From contig NC_135881.1 in NCBI RefSeq assembly GCF_964194155.1, positions 48,546,001-48,610,000 on the forward strand: DNA of 64,000 bases. The letters run 5' to 3'. The notes beneath the pieces were generated by a model that worked only from the letters and a program-made list of their open reading frames with translations, was not told the origin of the DNA and did not search any database. The position numbers and the translations under genes are program-made. Source of the stretch: Cetorhinus maximus. Taxonomy: Eukaryota. Below, piece by piece: positions 45,878 through 59,537 of this stretch (position 1 is the stretch's first letter; each line of letters starts with the position of its first letter).

Positions 45878-46206
45878 GGGGAGACAGTAGTGTAGTGGTA
45901 ATGTCACTGGACTAGTCATTCAGGCTAATATGCTTGGGACACAGGTTTGAATCATGCCACAGCAGCTGGTGGAATTTGAATTCAATTAATTAATAAAATT
46001 CAATTGATTAATTTTTTTAAAAATCTGCAATTAAAAACTAGTGTCAGTAATGGTGTTATGAAGCTATCATCTGATTGTTGTAAAAACCCATCAGATTCAC
46101 TAATGCCCTTTAGGGAAGAAAATCTGTCAACTTTACCTGGTCTGGCCTACATGTAACTCTAGATGCACGGCAATGTGGTTGACTCTTAACTGCCCTCTGA
46201 AATGGA
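45878..46206 (+). mobile_element. tRNA-SINE (LINE A partner), tail truncated
   Basis: agtgtagtggtaatgtcactggactagt head, ggtttgaatc B-box, ttcactaatgccctttagggaag core. Confidence 0.75.
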
Positions 46207-46384
46207 CTGAAGGATAATAGACAATGGTGTTCTCCAAAGGTCATTGCTGGGACCACACCTTTTTTTGTTATATATAAATGACTTGGATATTGGAATAAGG
46301 GTAAAGTTCAAAATTTGCCAATGATACAAACTTGAAGGCGTGGCAAACAATGTGGAAAATGCCTATCGACTGCAACACGACATG

Positions 46385-48028
46385 AACATATGAATTAGGA
46401 GCAAGAGTAGGTCACTTGGCCCTTCGAGCCTGTTCCCCATTCAATAAGATCATGGCTGATTTGATTTTAACCTCAACTCCATATTCCCACCTACCCCCAA
46501 TAACTTTTCAGTCCCTTGCTTATCAAGAATTTATTTACCTCTGCCTTAAAAATATTCAAAGATTCTGCTTCCACTGTCTTTTGAGAAAGAGAGTTCCAAA
46601 AACTCATGACAGTCTGAAAGAAAAAATTTCCCCTCATCTCTGCCTTAAATGAGCGACCCCTTATTTTTAAACAGTGACCCCTAGTTCTAGATTCTTCTAC
46701 AAAAGGAAACACCCTTTCCACATCCACCCTGTCAAGTACCCTCAGGATCTTAACAGTTTCAATAAAGTCACCTCTTACTCTTCTAAACTACAGTGGATAC
46801 AAGCCTAGCCTGTCCTGCCTTTCCTCATAAGGCAACCCGCCCATTCCAGATATTAGTCTGGTAAACCTTTTCTGAACTGTTTCCAACACATTTATCTCCT
46901 TTAAATAAGGAGACCAACACTGTACACTGTACTCCAGATGTGGTCTCACCAATCCCCTGTATATCTGAAGCATAACCTCCCTACTCTTGCAGTAAATGAT
47001 AACATTCTATTAGCTTTCCTAATTACTTGCTGTATCTGCATACTAACCATTTGCGATTCATTCACTTGGACACCCAGATCCCTCTGAACCTCAGAGCTCT
47101 GCACTCTCTCATCATTTAGATAATAAGCATCTTTTTTATTCTTCCTGCCAAAATGGACACTTTCACAATTTCCCACATTATACTCCATTTGCCAGATCTT
47201 TGCCCAATCACCTAACCTATCCTTATGTCCTCTTCACAGTTTACTTTTCTACCTATCTTTGTGTCATCAGCAAAGTTACCAACTATACCTTCAGTCCCTT
47301 CATCCAAATCATTTGTGTAGTAAAGAGTTGAGGCCCCAGCACTAATCCCTGTGGTACACCACTCATTACATATTGCTAACCAGAAAATGACCCATTTATG
47401 CCTACTCTCTGCTTCATGTTAGCTAGCCAATCTTCTATCCATGCTAATATGTTACCCCCTACACCATGAGCTTTTATTTTCCTCAATAACCTTTGATGTG
47501 GCACCTTAACAAATGCCTTCTGAAAATCTAAGTATAGTACACCCACTGGTTCTCCTTTAACTACAGTACATATTACTTCTTCAAAGAACTCCAATAAATT
47601 GGTTAAACATGATTTCCTTTTCGCAAAACCATGCTGACTCTGGCTGATTACCTTGAATTTATCTAAGTGCCCTGCTATAAAGACTTTAATAATAGCTTCT
47701 AACATTTTCCTGACATATGTTAAGCTAACTGGCCTGCAATTTCCTCTCTTTTTGAATAAAGGAGTGACATTAGCTATTTTCCAATCCCACGAGCCTTCCC
47801 TGAATCTAGTGAATTTTGGATAATTAAAACCAACGCATCAACTATCTCATTAGCCACTTTTTTTAAGACCTGAGGATGAAATCCATCAGGACCCGGGGAC
47901 TTGTCAGCCCACAGTTCCAACAATTTGCTAAGCACTATTTCCCTGGCGAGTATAATTTTCTTGAGTTCCTCCCTCCCTTCCAATTCCTGATTAACAGCTA
48001 TTTCTGGGATGTTAATTGTATACTCTCT
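46385..48028 (-). mobile_element. CR1 (HER1-like) LINE, RT to 3' end, inserted inverted into another CR1
   Basis: KSPGPDGFHPQVLK, SQHGFAKRKSCLTNLLEFFEEV, YLDFQKAF.KVPHQRL, FADD, LVRPHLEYSVQCWSP; 3' tail next to 46385. Confidence 0.92.
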
Positions 48029-48327
48029 AGGACACGGATAGACTAGCAGAATGGGCAGGCAAGTGGCAGATGGAATTTAATACAGAGAAGTGTGAAGTGA
48101 TGCACTTTGACAGAAGGATAGGGAGAGACAATATAGAATTGATGGCATAATTCCAAAGAATTTCCAGGGCCAGAGGGACCTGGGGTTCATATGCACAGAT
48201 TTTTGTAAGTGGCAGGACGTAATGATGGACTAATTAGCAAACCATATGGGATCTTGGGCTACATAAATAGAGATATTGAGTACAAAAACAGAGGTTATGC
48301 TGAAACTTTATAAAGCTCTGGTTAAAT

Positions 48328-48657
48328 GAAATAAAGAAAGACTTGCATTTATATAATAATCACTAGTTAACCTGCTTTTGTAATGTTGATTGAGGAATAC
48401 ATATTAACCAGGACACCAAGGATAACGCTTCTCTTCTTCAAAATAGTGCCATGGGATCTTTTGCATTCACCCACACAGCCAGATGGGTCTCGGTTTAATA
48501 TCTTATGTGAAGATGTTACCTCCAACAGTGCAGCACTCCCTCAGTACTACACTAGAATGTCAGACTTGATTTTTGTTCTCAAGCCCTGGAGTGGAACTTA
48601 AAGCCAGAACCTTATGACTCAGAGATGTGAGTGCTCCAACTGAGCCACAGCTGACAA
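48328..48657 (-). mobile_element. DeuSINE (SacSINE1-like)
   Basis: Reverse complement tgtcagctgtggctcagttgg...gagtcataaggttctgg...agtactgagggagtgctgcactgttggagg. Confidence 0.72.
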
Positions 48658-49214
48658 TTAGAGTATTACATCCTGTTCTGGACCACATTTTGGGAAGGAT
48701 GTGAGGGTCTTCAAAACGTTGCAGAGGAGGTTAACCAGAATGGTTCCGGGAATGGAGATTTTAGCTACAAGGTGAGGCTGGAGAAGCTGGAATTGGTCTC
48801 CTTGGAACAAAGAAGGTTGAGGGAAGATTAGATAGAGGTGTACAAGATTATGACATGTTTAGATAAGGCAGCCAAAAAAGAGCTGTTCCCCTTAGCTGAT
48901 GGCACAATGACCAGAGGACACAGATTTAAGATTTTGGGCAGGAGAGGCAGGGGAATATGAGGAAGAACTCTTAAGCAGCGATTGGTAGTGGCCTGGAACT
49001 CACTGCCTATGAGGGTAGTGGATGCGGGTTAATGATTTCAGTACAATTAATAATTTCAAAAGGAAATTGGATGGTCACTTGAGGGAAATAAACTTGCACA
49101 GCTGAAGGGATAGAACAAGGGAATGGAACTGACTGATTGCTCTACAGAGAGCAGGCATGGACTTGATGGGCCAAATGGTCTCCTTCTGTGCCATGTTGAA
49201 TCTAGGACTATGAA

Positions 49215-49575
49215 AATGTCCCAGAAATCTAAAGCCTTCCCTCCTGTATGATCTCCCAGCCACACATTCATCCTATTTTTATACTCACTAGCATGTGTTA
49301 CTGAGGGTAATCCGGAGAATACTACCTTTGGGGTCCTGTTTATTAATCTCTTTCCTAGTCTAACCTCTGCTTGTGGGATCTGATCCCTCTTTCTACCTGT
49401 TTCGACATGGACCATGACCCCTGATGTTTGTCCTACCCCCGCAGAATGTCCTGCAGCTGCTCACTGACTTTCTGGACCCTTGCTCCAGGGAGACAACATA
49501 CCATCCTAGAATCACATTTGCAGCCACAGAAATATGTCTGTTCCCCTAAGTGTAGAATCTATCATCACTATTGCT
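49215..49575 (-). mobile_element. CR1 ORF1 (esterase-like) fragment
   Basis: LGKRLINRTPKVVFSGLP.V.HASEYKNRMNVWL / RREGFRFLGH. Confidence 0.7.
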
Positions 49576-49589
49576 TTTAAAGAGAGGGG

Positions 49590-49880
49590 CAGCAGCTGAA
49601 GAGAAAGAACCATTAACAATATGAGCTAGCATGGGGAAGTTGGGAGATCAGCAGTTTAGTGGGAATAGGAATGAGGGAGCAGTGGGGGGAGTCCCATAGA
49701 TAGGATGAGCCCAGAGAGGGCATGAGGGGAGACAGGAGAGAAACTAGATAAAAATGTGAGTTCAGAACTAGGGCAAGAGGGAACTTTAGAGGAAGCTGAG
49801 TCTGGTGGGCTAATGGAAGGGAAGGAACCTGCAGAGACAACTGATAGGATGGCCTTGATCTTAGTGACAAAGAAGTTCAC
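49590..49880 (-). mobile_element. L2 ORF2 fragment
   Basis: NFFVTKIKAI...FSPVSPHALSGLILSM....C.L.PIPTKLL. Confidence 0.7.
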
Positions 49881-52800
49881 TTGATATGCCAGATGAAACA
49901 AGTTTCTCAATGAAGCATGGCTGCCTTTTCCTAGTGTATTCTCTGCACATTTAAAAGTTTGAGCTCTGAATTCTGCTGATCATTTAAAGCATTATCCCAT
50001 CTCTGGATCTGAAGATTCAAAGTGTCACAGATTAATTGGTTTGCCTTGCATTAAATTGGAAACCTGATTGTAGATGTTTGCCTTTATCAAGTTGCAATAA
50101 CTTCTCATTCACAAACCTTAATGAGGTTTGACATGCTCTGCATAGGGTCTGTGGTTGTCTGGATTTAACTCTGTCAGTCCACTGTAAATGAGTATGCTGT
50201 TTTCTGTTTTTAGCTTGGATACGGATAGTTAAAACAAGCTGGCTGGAGGAACAAAAGCCTTCTTGCTACAGAGATTTGAAAACCTGCATCTACACAGTAC
50301 AACTTAATAGCTTTCTCACTATCATGTTTTGAAAGGAATGTAGATCTTTCTTGTTCAGGGTCTTGATTCAGTAGATTAGATTGCCACACTTTGATGGAAC
50401 TTCTGGCATTGAATTTTATACAATTTATCAGCAAATATCAAACTATGGTTTATTTCCAAATGGCCTTCTATCGGTACTCTGAAAGCAAAGTCAAACTGTC
50501 ACATTTCTGTTTTATGCATGATCTGTTGGAAGCAGCTCATTTTTATCTATTGGAGGGATAATGGAGTTGGTCAAATGTTGGAGACAGATCTCATTATTTC
50601 CCATAAATTTTGGAGCTCTGACAATTGTGCTATTTTAGAGATGATATCAGACTTGAACCTTTGGCAAGTTAATGATACTTATCATGTTGGGATTAAGCCT
50701 GAGGTCATGTTTTCTCACCCTTTTTATTGCCTGATAATCCATTTCCAACCTTTGGTCAATGTTACAATAGAATGTAAGGGCAGAATTTTAGACTCACCGG
50801 AGCAGGTTTGCAGGCAGGGGATGCAGGGAATCTGTAAAATTCGCCGGATAGCCCTTCCCAAATTTTTCAATTTTTTCTTACTTTTTCTTTCTGTCTCTCT
50901 TTTCTCTCTATTTTAATCCAATCTTTTATTTCTCTTTCTGTATCTGATTTGACTTTAATTCACTCATTCTAATTCACACCCCTTCTCAAAGTTACTCTGT
51001 GTCATTCTTAATCCTTAAGTCTCATTCATTAAGTTATCATAGCCCCCATTGTCCTCACTTTGCTGTTATCAGCCTACACTTCCAGCAACTTGAAGGGCAA
51101 AACTTGAAGCTTGAGAGAAAACACTTAACTTTAAGGCAACAGTGTGATGCTTCACTCCAGCAAGATCTGGCCCATCATTAAAGGACAAGAGAAGAAAATG
51201 GCTATCTGAAAATAGAGATGTTTTACTCTTTCAAATATGCATCAGTTTTGCTGCCTCCCATGTTCCCAGGACTGCAGACCACCAGCAAGTCCTTCTTGTC
51301 AGCTTATTGACATTATGGGGTGATGCACAGCTTCCTATCATCCCACACCATGTCGCCAGCTCCAAGGTCTTGGTTATCAGGGTCTCATGGACCATGGTTC
51401 CCGGCCAAGGCTTTCTCCAGCTTTGGAAGAAGGCGCCTACTCTTTTGCATCAATGTACTCCTTATTAATTTCTTGGTTACAGCATCCACTGCATAAAGTG
51501 GGCTAATCATATTGACACTACTTATAAGCAATGGGGACTGAAATGAGTTTCTATCAATGTTAAAAACTCAAATGACAAAAAACTAGAGGATAGTGATAAT
51601 TATCTGTGCAGTGAGATGTAGACAATCAATGTCCATTTTTGGTTCACCAATTATATTGTGTTCTAGTGAGGCTATTACATGTATTTCTATGTGCCCATTT
51701 AAGTGGAAATAATTCAATAGAGTAAGCGGATATAATTTCCTAACTATACAACAAGTCATTAGTAATTATTGTGGAAGCCTGCTGAGAGGACATTGTGCTA
51801 TTGCAAGCTGTAAGATAAGCATTTTTAGATTTTTCAAGGTTACTGAAGCAATAAAAGATTTTGAAAGCCTGCTACTTACTTGACACAACATTTTTGAGAT
51901 TTCCAGCAGGACTGTTTGTCCCTTCAGTCCTCCGTGAACGATCTCGCTGTAACTTTGTCTCTCATTTAAAGTAGTCATTAGCGCTACTGCACTGTAGACT
52001 TACTAAAATATTGTTGTCTTATCTGTGTTCCTATAATCTTCTATTGAAGACAACATAACAGGAATGTCATAATATTTATCAACCATCGCTGCAGTGAACC
52101 ACATCATATGAAACTTCTATGTAAACACTTACAATATTTATGATTTGACACTTCAAGGTATTCATAATTTTGTACAACAACTTGACACCAAAAGAGATCT
52201 CAAAATTTATATTCATGTGTTATGTTTTGACAAGAATAACAAAGAACACTCAATGTCCCAGCATTGATTCTCTAGACATTGTACTGGTGTAGGAAGAATC
52301 TTGTGATACTTGTCAGCAGAAAGCCAATTTTGCTGGTGAAGGTTTGTCTATACCAAAATTTGCTCTCATCTGAATAGAGGTCGATGAAAAGGATGGAGAC
52401 TGCGGTGATGTATGTGCTGCATGAGCTCAGTCTTTTGTTCTGTCTCTCTGACAAGTCTTTTGTTCCTTTGGGTTATTTTTTGCAAACACAAAGATTAAAT
52501 CCTTGATATTAAAATCCCAAGATTATGGCAAATGAAAATGGCAACATCTTTGATTGCACTCGATTTTGGCCATTCCTCCTCCTTGTTAAATAAGAACCTA
52601 ACAACTATTCCAGAAGAGTGAAAAGCTCAAATTTAATAGAATTGATTGTATTTTCATAAGTGGTGGGAAGATTGCCAGCACAAATGGCAAACCATAAAAA
52701 GTGAATTAAATATTAGTTATAAAAGTGAATTAAAGTGACCTAAGGTGATTGGACTATGCATTTCTCCAAATATTTCAGCAAGTCATCTCCCAGGTAAATG

Positions 52801-53904
52801 GTGACTCATCAATAACACATTATAGTACATTTTCACTAAAGCAAATGCTTCTTGTGGTATTTATATACAATATTGTATTGTCACCTTTCATCTCAGTCAA
52901 AAATTACCAGTTGCACATCACTATCCCTAACAAATGCAGATATGAAATTTATTTGATGTAACTTGTATCTAAACTGAAAATATAGGATTCTGCATGACTC
53001 CTGCTTTGAATGGACAACTAGCGGCAAAGTTTTCACATTGGACAGGCATTGAGTTGTTTGATTGATTGAACAGAATCACTCACTTGCTGAAGACCATTTA
53101 GCATCCTTCATGTGAGATGTCAAAGCCCAGAGTCAAATAGTGCAAATGGATAATAGGAAATATGCTGCCTTCAAAAAAATTAGGATCAGTTGTTCTTAAT
53201 TGCATATTGGGTAGATGTACCCCAATGAGTAAATGAAGCCTGTGGTGTGCACTAATTCATATAAAGCGGGCAACTACATCTCTGCTCTGCATTTAGTTAG
53301 CTGATCTACACCAAATATGGCCTCAGCAATCTTAGGTTGAGAGATGGAACAGAGCTGTTCCTGACTGCTAACTAGCAAATCATTCCTGAAAGTATGTGCT
53401 CATTGGCACTGGAGGATAGGGTTGGGCTCAGTTGTCATGTAGTCTATTTTCAAGTAGGCTGCCTTGGTTTACAACTGAAGAATATTCACATGTGTCAGGG
53501 GTTAAAAGGCTGCAAGCAAAAGAAACCTGTCCAAACAGTCAAGGCAGGAGAGGAGAAAAAACTCAGGGGAAAAATTCCAAGTTATTGCACTGCAGCTCAC
53601 AAAAATGGAAAACAAAATGGCAATATTGGCCAAGTTACCAACTGATTCTGATGTTATCCATGTTTATTCACTGGAAGTGGCACTGCTGATCAAGAGGCTA
53701 AGCTTATTGATACCATAGGCCCAATGGAGAGAATTACCACTGCAAACAGCAGGCTAGGTCAGAGAATCAGTGAATACGAAGTTCACAAGGACCAAAACTG
53801 CTCAAATCCTGTTCTCCTACTCATTTTCAATTATCTATCTAATTCAGTGTTAAAAGAAATTTTGAACTCTGCTTCGACAATGTCTTGTGGCAAATGCTGA
53901 AGCA

Positions 53905-54743
53905 TCATGCCCGCATGCAGCAAGACCTTGATAACATTCAGGCGTGGGCTGATAAGTGGCAATTAACATTCACACCACACAAGTGCCTGGCAATGAATAT
54001 CTCCAACAAGGGAGAATTCAACCATCTCCCCTTGGCTTTCAATAATATTACCATCACTGAATCCCCCACTATCAACATCCTGGGGGTTACCATTGACCAG
54101 AAACTCAAATGGATCGGCCATATAAATACTGTGGCTACAAGAGCAGGTCAGTAGCTGGGAATCGTGTGGTGAGTAATTCACCTCCTGACTCCCCAAAGCC
54201 TGTTCACCATCTACAAGGCACAAGTCAGGAGTGTGATGGAATACTCTCCACTTGCCTGGATGAGTGCAGCTCCCACGACACTCAAGAAGCTTGACACCAT
54301 CCAGGACAAAGCAGCCCACTTGATTGGCACCACATCCACAAACATTCACTCCCTCCACCACCGACACACGGTAGCAGCAGTGTGTACCATCTGCAAGACG
54401 CACTGCAGGAATTCACCAAGGCCCCTTAGATAGCACCTTCCAAACCCACAACCACTACCATCTAGAAGGACAAGGACAGCAGAAAGATGGGAACACCTCC
54501 ACCTGGAAGGTCCCCTCCAGGTCACTCACCATCCTGACTTGGAAATGTATCGCCATTCCTTTACTGTCGCTGGGTCAAAATCCTGGAACTCCCTTTCTAA
54601 CAGCATTGTGGGTGTACCTACACCACATGGACTGAGCAGTTCAAGAAGGCAGCTCACCATCACCTTCTCAAGGGCAACTAGGGATGGGCAATAAATGCTG
54701 GTCCAGCCAGTGAAGCCCACATCCCATGAATGAGTAAAAAAAA
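53905..54743 (+). mobile_element. 5'-truncated LINE A copy with intact 3' end
   Basis: MQQDLDNIQAWADKWQLTF.PHKC, INILGVTIDQKL.W, MEYSPLAWMSAA; ends catcccatgaatgagtaaaaaaa. Confidence 0.88.
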
Positions 54744-54921
54744 TTTCCGCATCCCTGATATCACGCTAGTGAGCTTGCATTGTATCTTTTAAAGAGTTTT
54801 TATACATCCTCCCTATAAATGGATGCCCAAAGAGGCAAATAATATTACAACTGCACCTTAAGACTCTATATCAGTTAACATTCATGGACATAATACTCAA
54901 ACTAGAGCCTAATTCAGACCT

Positions 54922-55613
54922 TAGCCTGGAATTTCATGCCTCCGTCCAAGTTGGTGGGATGGTCAAAAGACAAGGCCACCAAATGGTGCTGGCAGAAATC
55001 CCACCTGCATTTCCCCTGGTGGATATTTTGCAGGGCGCAGGAAAGGGATTGCAGTGGGTGAGCTTCAGAACTCCTAGACAACCTCACCCAGTGAGAAAAG
55101 GCGAGAACAGCCATGAAGGCAGAACAGAAGGCCAGGGAACCTCTTGAAAGGTAAGATTTTAGGCACTTAAGGGTGGCATTGGAGGCAATTAACATGGATG
55201 TAGATCAGTAAGGGACGGGATAGAGGCAGGGGAACAACCCATAGAATGGCCAGATTTTGGATAGTCATTGATTTTGATGGGGCTTCTCTCGGAGGGCCCA
55301 GGAGGTTCATTTCTGCATTTTTAACTGTCAGCAGCTGAAGCTCAGGCCCGTTGCCAGCATTTATAAGAGATCATTGGAACTCATGAAAAAAAGGGCAGCC
55401 AAAGCAAGCCCTTCAGTAGGCCCACTCCAGGGCTGTCCCATTTGGTTCCCGCCTCAGGCCTGCTGATTGAGACAGCAAACCGCCCTCTGGCACAAAGCGG
55501 GGTCTTCCACCAGGAAAAAGCACTTCCTGGAAGCCTGACAATGGAGATGAGATTCTGATGGCTAGGTTTGCCCCAACTTTTGACTCCCGCCTCTGACATG
55601 AAAATCCGGGCCC
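54922..55613. mobile_element. Harbinger-type MITE
   Basis: Imperfect TIR GCCTGGAATTTCATG / CATGAAAATCCGGGC. Confidence 0.55.
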
Positions 55614-56908
55614 ATGTATCAGTTTATCATTAATGCACAGAATATGTCAGCTAAAGCCTAACTAAGATCCTGAGCTTAGTGGAGTCCGCTGGAGTGGCTA
55701 GGTAGTGGGCAGGCCCACATAATCGCTGGGGGAAGCCATGCATCCCATTCCCACCAGCGGGAATAACTGACCCTTATTAATCAGAGGCAGGAATGGGTTG
55801 ACGAGGGGAACCCACCCGCCAGCTAATTAAGCTCATTAATGAGCCACTTAAATGTCATTAGCCCTCGCTCCACATGGTTCTCCCATGCCTCCTGAAAGCC
55901 ACCCAGCTACCCTTCTGGAGTTGCCAACAACCTCCCAGGGGGTTCCTCTTTCCAAAACACTGAGTACCCACTTGAAGGATCCAGCAGCAGGAGAGGATGC
56001 TGGGCCACTGAGAACCACCCCCTTGCCCAATGCAATTGACCCCCACCCTTACAGGCAGCCCCCTCCCCATGACCCATAACTCACCCAACTGACCTCTCGC
56101 CAGGGATCCCACCATGACCTCTGGTGAAAGCCTCACTGGAGTACTGGAAGCTGCCAACACAACTGGTGGCACTACCTGTACTGGAGAGTTGCCAGTTTCT
56201 GATTGGCCAGCAGGTATCAGGGTGGCAAGAGGGAGGGTATTTCCACTGGCTGGCGCTGGCCACTTAAGTGCCTGACAGATTCTCCAACTGTTGTGCTGGA
56301 CCCATGTCAGGAACACTAAAGCCATGCCCCTATATCAGTTTAACATTACCTCCTTGCTCTTGCTAATAGATACAGAAGCAAGGATTCTGTTTGCCTTCTT
56401 AATGGTCTTATTTATTTAAGCTACCAACTTTAATGAGCTGTGTATTGGCACATCAAAATTGCTCTGCTCATCTCCTTCAGTGAAAATCAGTAGTTTACTC
56501 ACACAGTCATCAAGTAAGTGACTGGGGTCCTTTTTGCAAACAGAAACCAATAAATGACCATCATAGAGGATGCAACTTTCCAGAGGAGAGGTCTATCGGA
56601 TTTACCCGCATTGCTGGGTTTCGCCAGGTGACTACATGCGCGTTGCTTGGCATTCTCCCCTTCCCAAGACAGCCATGTTTTACAATATTACAGAGTTCTC
56701 TTCTGGGCTGTGATCATAGGTAACAAATAATGCATGTCGGTGCCCAGAATTCTGAGAGCAGCCATACTGCCTTCAGACTGTGTCAGTCTTCAATCTACCC
56801 TGTCTTTGACACATACCAACAGGTATCAGGATGGCTGTTTGGAGACTGGGGGTAACCCCCTACACCTGCTTCATGGGTCCTTGGAGTTACTCTAGGTTTG
56901 ACATATAT

Positions 56909-58342
56909 GGCTGTATTTTTCTGGAGAAGGCAGGAAGGTGAGTCAAGAAAAATTCCAATTCAGCAGACGTATCCCCTTTAAAAGAGGTTCGTCACCAGAG
57001 GCAGGCCTGAGGCGGCAACGGAGGTGGGCAAGTGGACAGGTTGGCAGGCGAGAACGCCTGCTTCCATTTACTTGGACATTGGCTCATTTGCAGTGATGAA
57101 TTTCAAGCCTTCAAACCTTCTCCCCTCACTCCTCCCATCCCTCCACCCACCATCGTCATTGACCCCCCCCATGCCCCTTCCAGGCCCCCTCATACTCTAA
57201 GATCCCTCATATCCCCTTGCCAACTCCGTGCTCCCCATTCCCCTCCATGCCCCCCTTGTATTCTCCATGTATCTACCATGGGCAGGCCTCAGAAGTCATG
57301 TCTTTGAAATTGACATTAAAAAAGTAAACTTCTAACAATCTAATAGAGTTGTCATTCAAACATATTCACACCAAAAAGAAATTCACATTCAAAAAACCCA
57401 TTCAAAAAAAAGTCCCCTCAAGTAGTCAACCCGTTATATAAGCATATATACATCTATTTAGAATCTACATCAAAGACATATAATCCCATAATAACCTCTT
57501 AAAACTGTCAATCAAATTGTGAGCACAGCTCCCTACTGAAATAAGTGGTTCAGGAGCTTTTGAAACTCAACCAAGCATTCATCATTGGCCTAGCTGTTAT
57601 AACAAACCCTTACAGCTCACAGGCAATGAAGCCTATTAAAATTACAAAAAACAGATGGCTATGGTTTTTTCCAAGTTACATCATAAAACTTGTCAATCTA
57701 TGCATGACAGGAGCAGGTGTCTTTTTTCCTCTAAGGGAAAGCTGCAAAGCAGGTTTTTTTTCTCCAAATTTAAAGGAGCGTGAACATATAAATCACTTCA
57801 GATCATGGCATTTAGAGTTCCCAAGCTGTGTTTTCTTCAGTTATGAATGCATAATAGCACTTTCCCAATGGGAAAAGTACTCTAATGCATCATGACACTT
57901 ACATAATGCTAATCAACTTAGCTTTGTAGATAGGACAGAGTCCTGTAATCAATCACTGCAGTGAAAGCACAACAGCATCAAAACTGGAAGAATATTTTTT
58001 TTTTTTTTAAAGTTATTTCAAAGCCTGTTAATAAACAAATTCCAAGAGCAGGTGGTTGTTTCTTTGTGATTCCTCACTTGGGACTGGGGATCCCCCATGA
58101 TTCACGACTCCTTTGAAATGCTGTAATCTTACCAAAGGAGCCTGACTCTCCTCAAACCCCTGAACTGCCCACCTACACACTGAAGGCAGCAAGGGTGGGA
58201 GAGCTGTGCGTGGGAAGGCTACCCACATCCTTACCCTGCACTGGCAAAAAGTGCCAGAAATGGGAATGGGGCAGGAATCCCAGAATTTGGTCCCACCCGG
58301 CATTGGCCACCGAGTTCACCCAACTTGGTGAAAATCCAAGCC
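56909..58342. mobile_element. Non-autonomous Harbinger-type element (inverted relative of 59538-61594)
   Basis: Ends ggctgtatttt / aaaatccaagcc; (CCATG/CCC)-rich block and aaactgtcaatc motifs complementary to those of the 59538-61594 and 33277-35258 elements. Confidence 0.5.
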
Positions 58343-59537
58343 ATAATGAATGCAGTAGGACAGTTTAGGGTTACAAGCAGATAATGCTCAATGCCAGCAA
58401 AACTCTATAAATGAACCTACTTTAATTACACTCTGTTCACAATTGCACAATCGCAGCCGTCTCCACGGATTTAAATAATTGCATCTTTATACCTGTGGGG
58501 ATTTTTCAACAAGACAAAAATCTTAATTAGGGATTTAACAAGAGCAGCTCTTAGTCTGGTCAACATTTTGGCAAAATACAATTTACAAATGAACATTAAG
58601 CCTGTTCCAACCCAGTCACTATCTTTAGACAAAGTCATGCTTCTGGTATTGCCTTAATTAGTTTCCAAACTGAGCTTTGTTAAAAAGATATGGAAATACT
58701 GAATTGTATATCCTAAAATTCGATTCCACTAAATTGTGAATCAGCTTTATCCAATGTCTTACCAAGTCTCTCACACTACCAGCAATGACTAATCAATGAC
58801 TCACAGCACACTTCACAATACAAATGTACAACTATGTAAACAGGGAGCACTGTCAGATAGACCACTGGAGTGATTGAGTAAAGAGTCAAATATTATTCCA
58901 TTTCATTTTCAGAAATAAATGAACAATTCTTTATATTTATATATCTTGACAACTCACTCCTTCCCAAACTCTCCTAATTACATTACATCCATGCCTAAAT
59001 ACACTGCAAATGAGATTTCTTCTCACACTAACATTTAAAGTCTCATTTTAATTACCTGCGCCCTCTTCACACACCCCACACCCACCCACCCCCCCACCCG
59101 CCGCCACCACCCCCACCACCGCCTACCTGAGATCGAAGAGTACCAGGAGTTAACATGGCAAAGGAAGGTTTTGCATTGCATTTCCAAAATGCTCCAGCCA
59201 ATCCCAATCTTTACTGGAATTAATAATTCAAATGGCAGTGTTGTGTCAAATGACATCTTCTCAACAGCACATGCTGTTTTAAATGCAGGTCCAAGTAAGA
59301 GCCGCAAAGCTTCTAACTTGCCAGCAAGCAACAGGAATCCTGGCCCGAGGCAGCCCAAGTAAGTCTTTTTTTTTAATATGTGAAAGTACATTGTTGGCCA
59401 TGCCCCACAAGAATACCTTAGGTCTCCCTTGCCTTGGGCCTTGCTGGGGTTCATTTTCCTGCATCCATTGTGGCATCCTGAAACCTCCCGCTGATTGTTG
59501 ACTGATTTCTACCTGCTTTGTACAGAAGTCAAGTCAG

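Larger units (their letters stand above)
46220..49197 (+). mobile_element. Plus-strand CR1 split into three pieces (46220-46383, 48030-48325, 48660-49197) by an inverted CR1 and a DeuSINE
   Basis: YINDLD...KFANDT... resumes at 48030 (DTDRLAEWAGKWQMEFN.EKCEV) and again at 48660 to the 3' UTR gatgggccaaatggtctccttctgtg. Confidence 0.8.

Noticed and set aside
51590-51640. MDIDC on the minus strand as the missing upstream exon
   Set aside because: Similarity stops after DID and a stop codon follows shortly.
51240-52470. Coding-looking stretch with a faint integrase zinc-finger-like HGG motif (ORF 51766-51978)
   Set aside because: Too weak to support by eye; a tBLASTx/HMM search would be needed.
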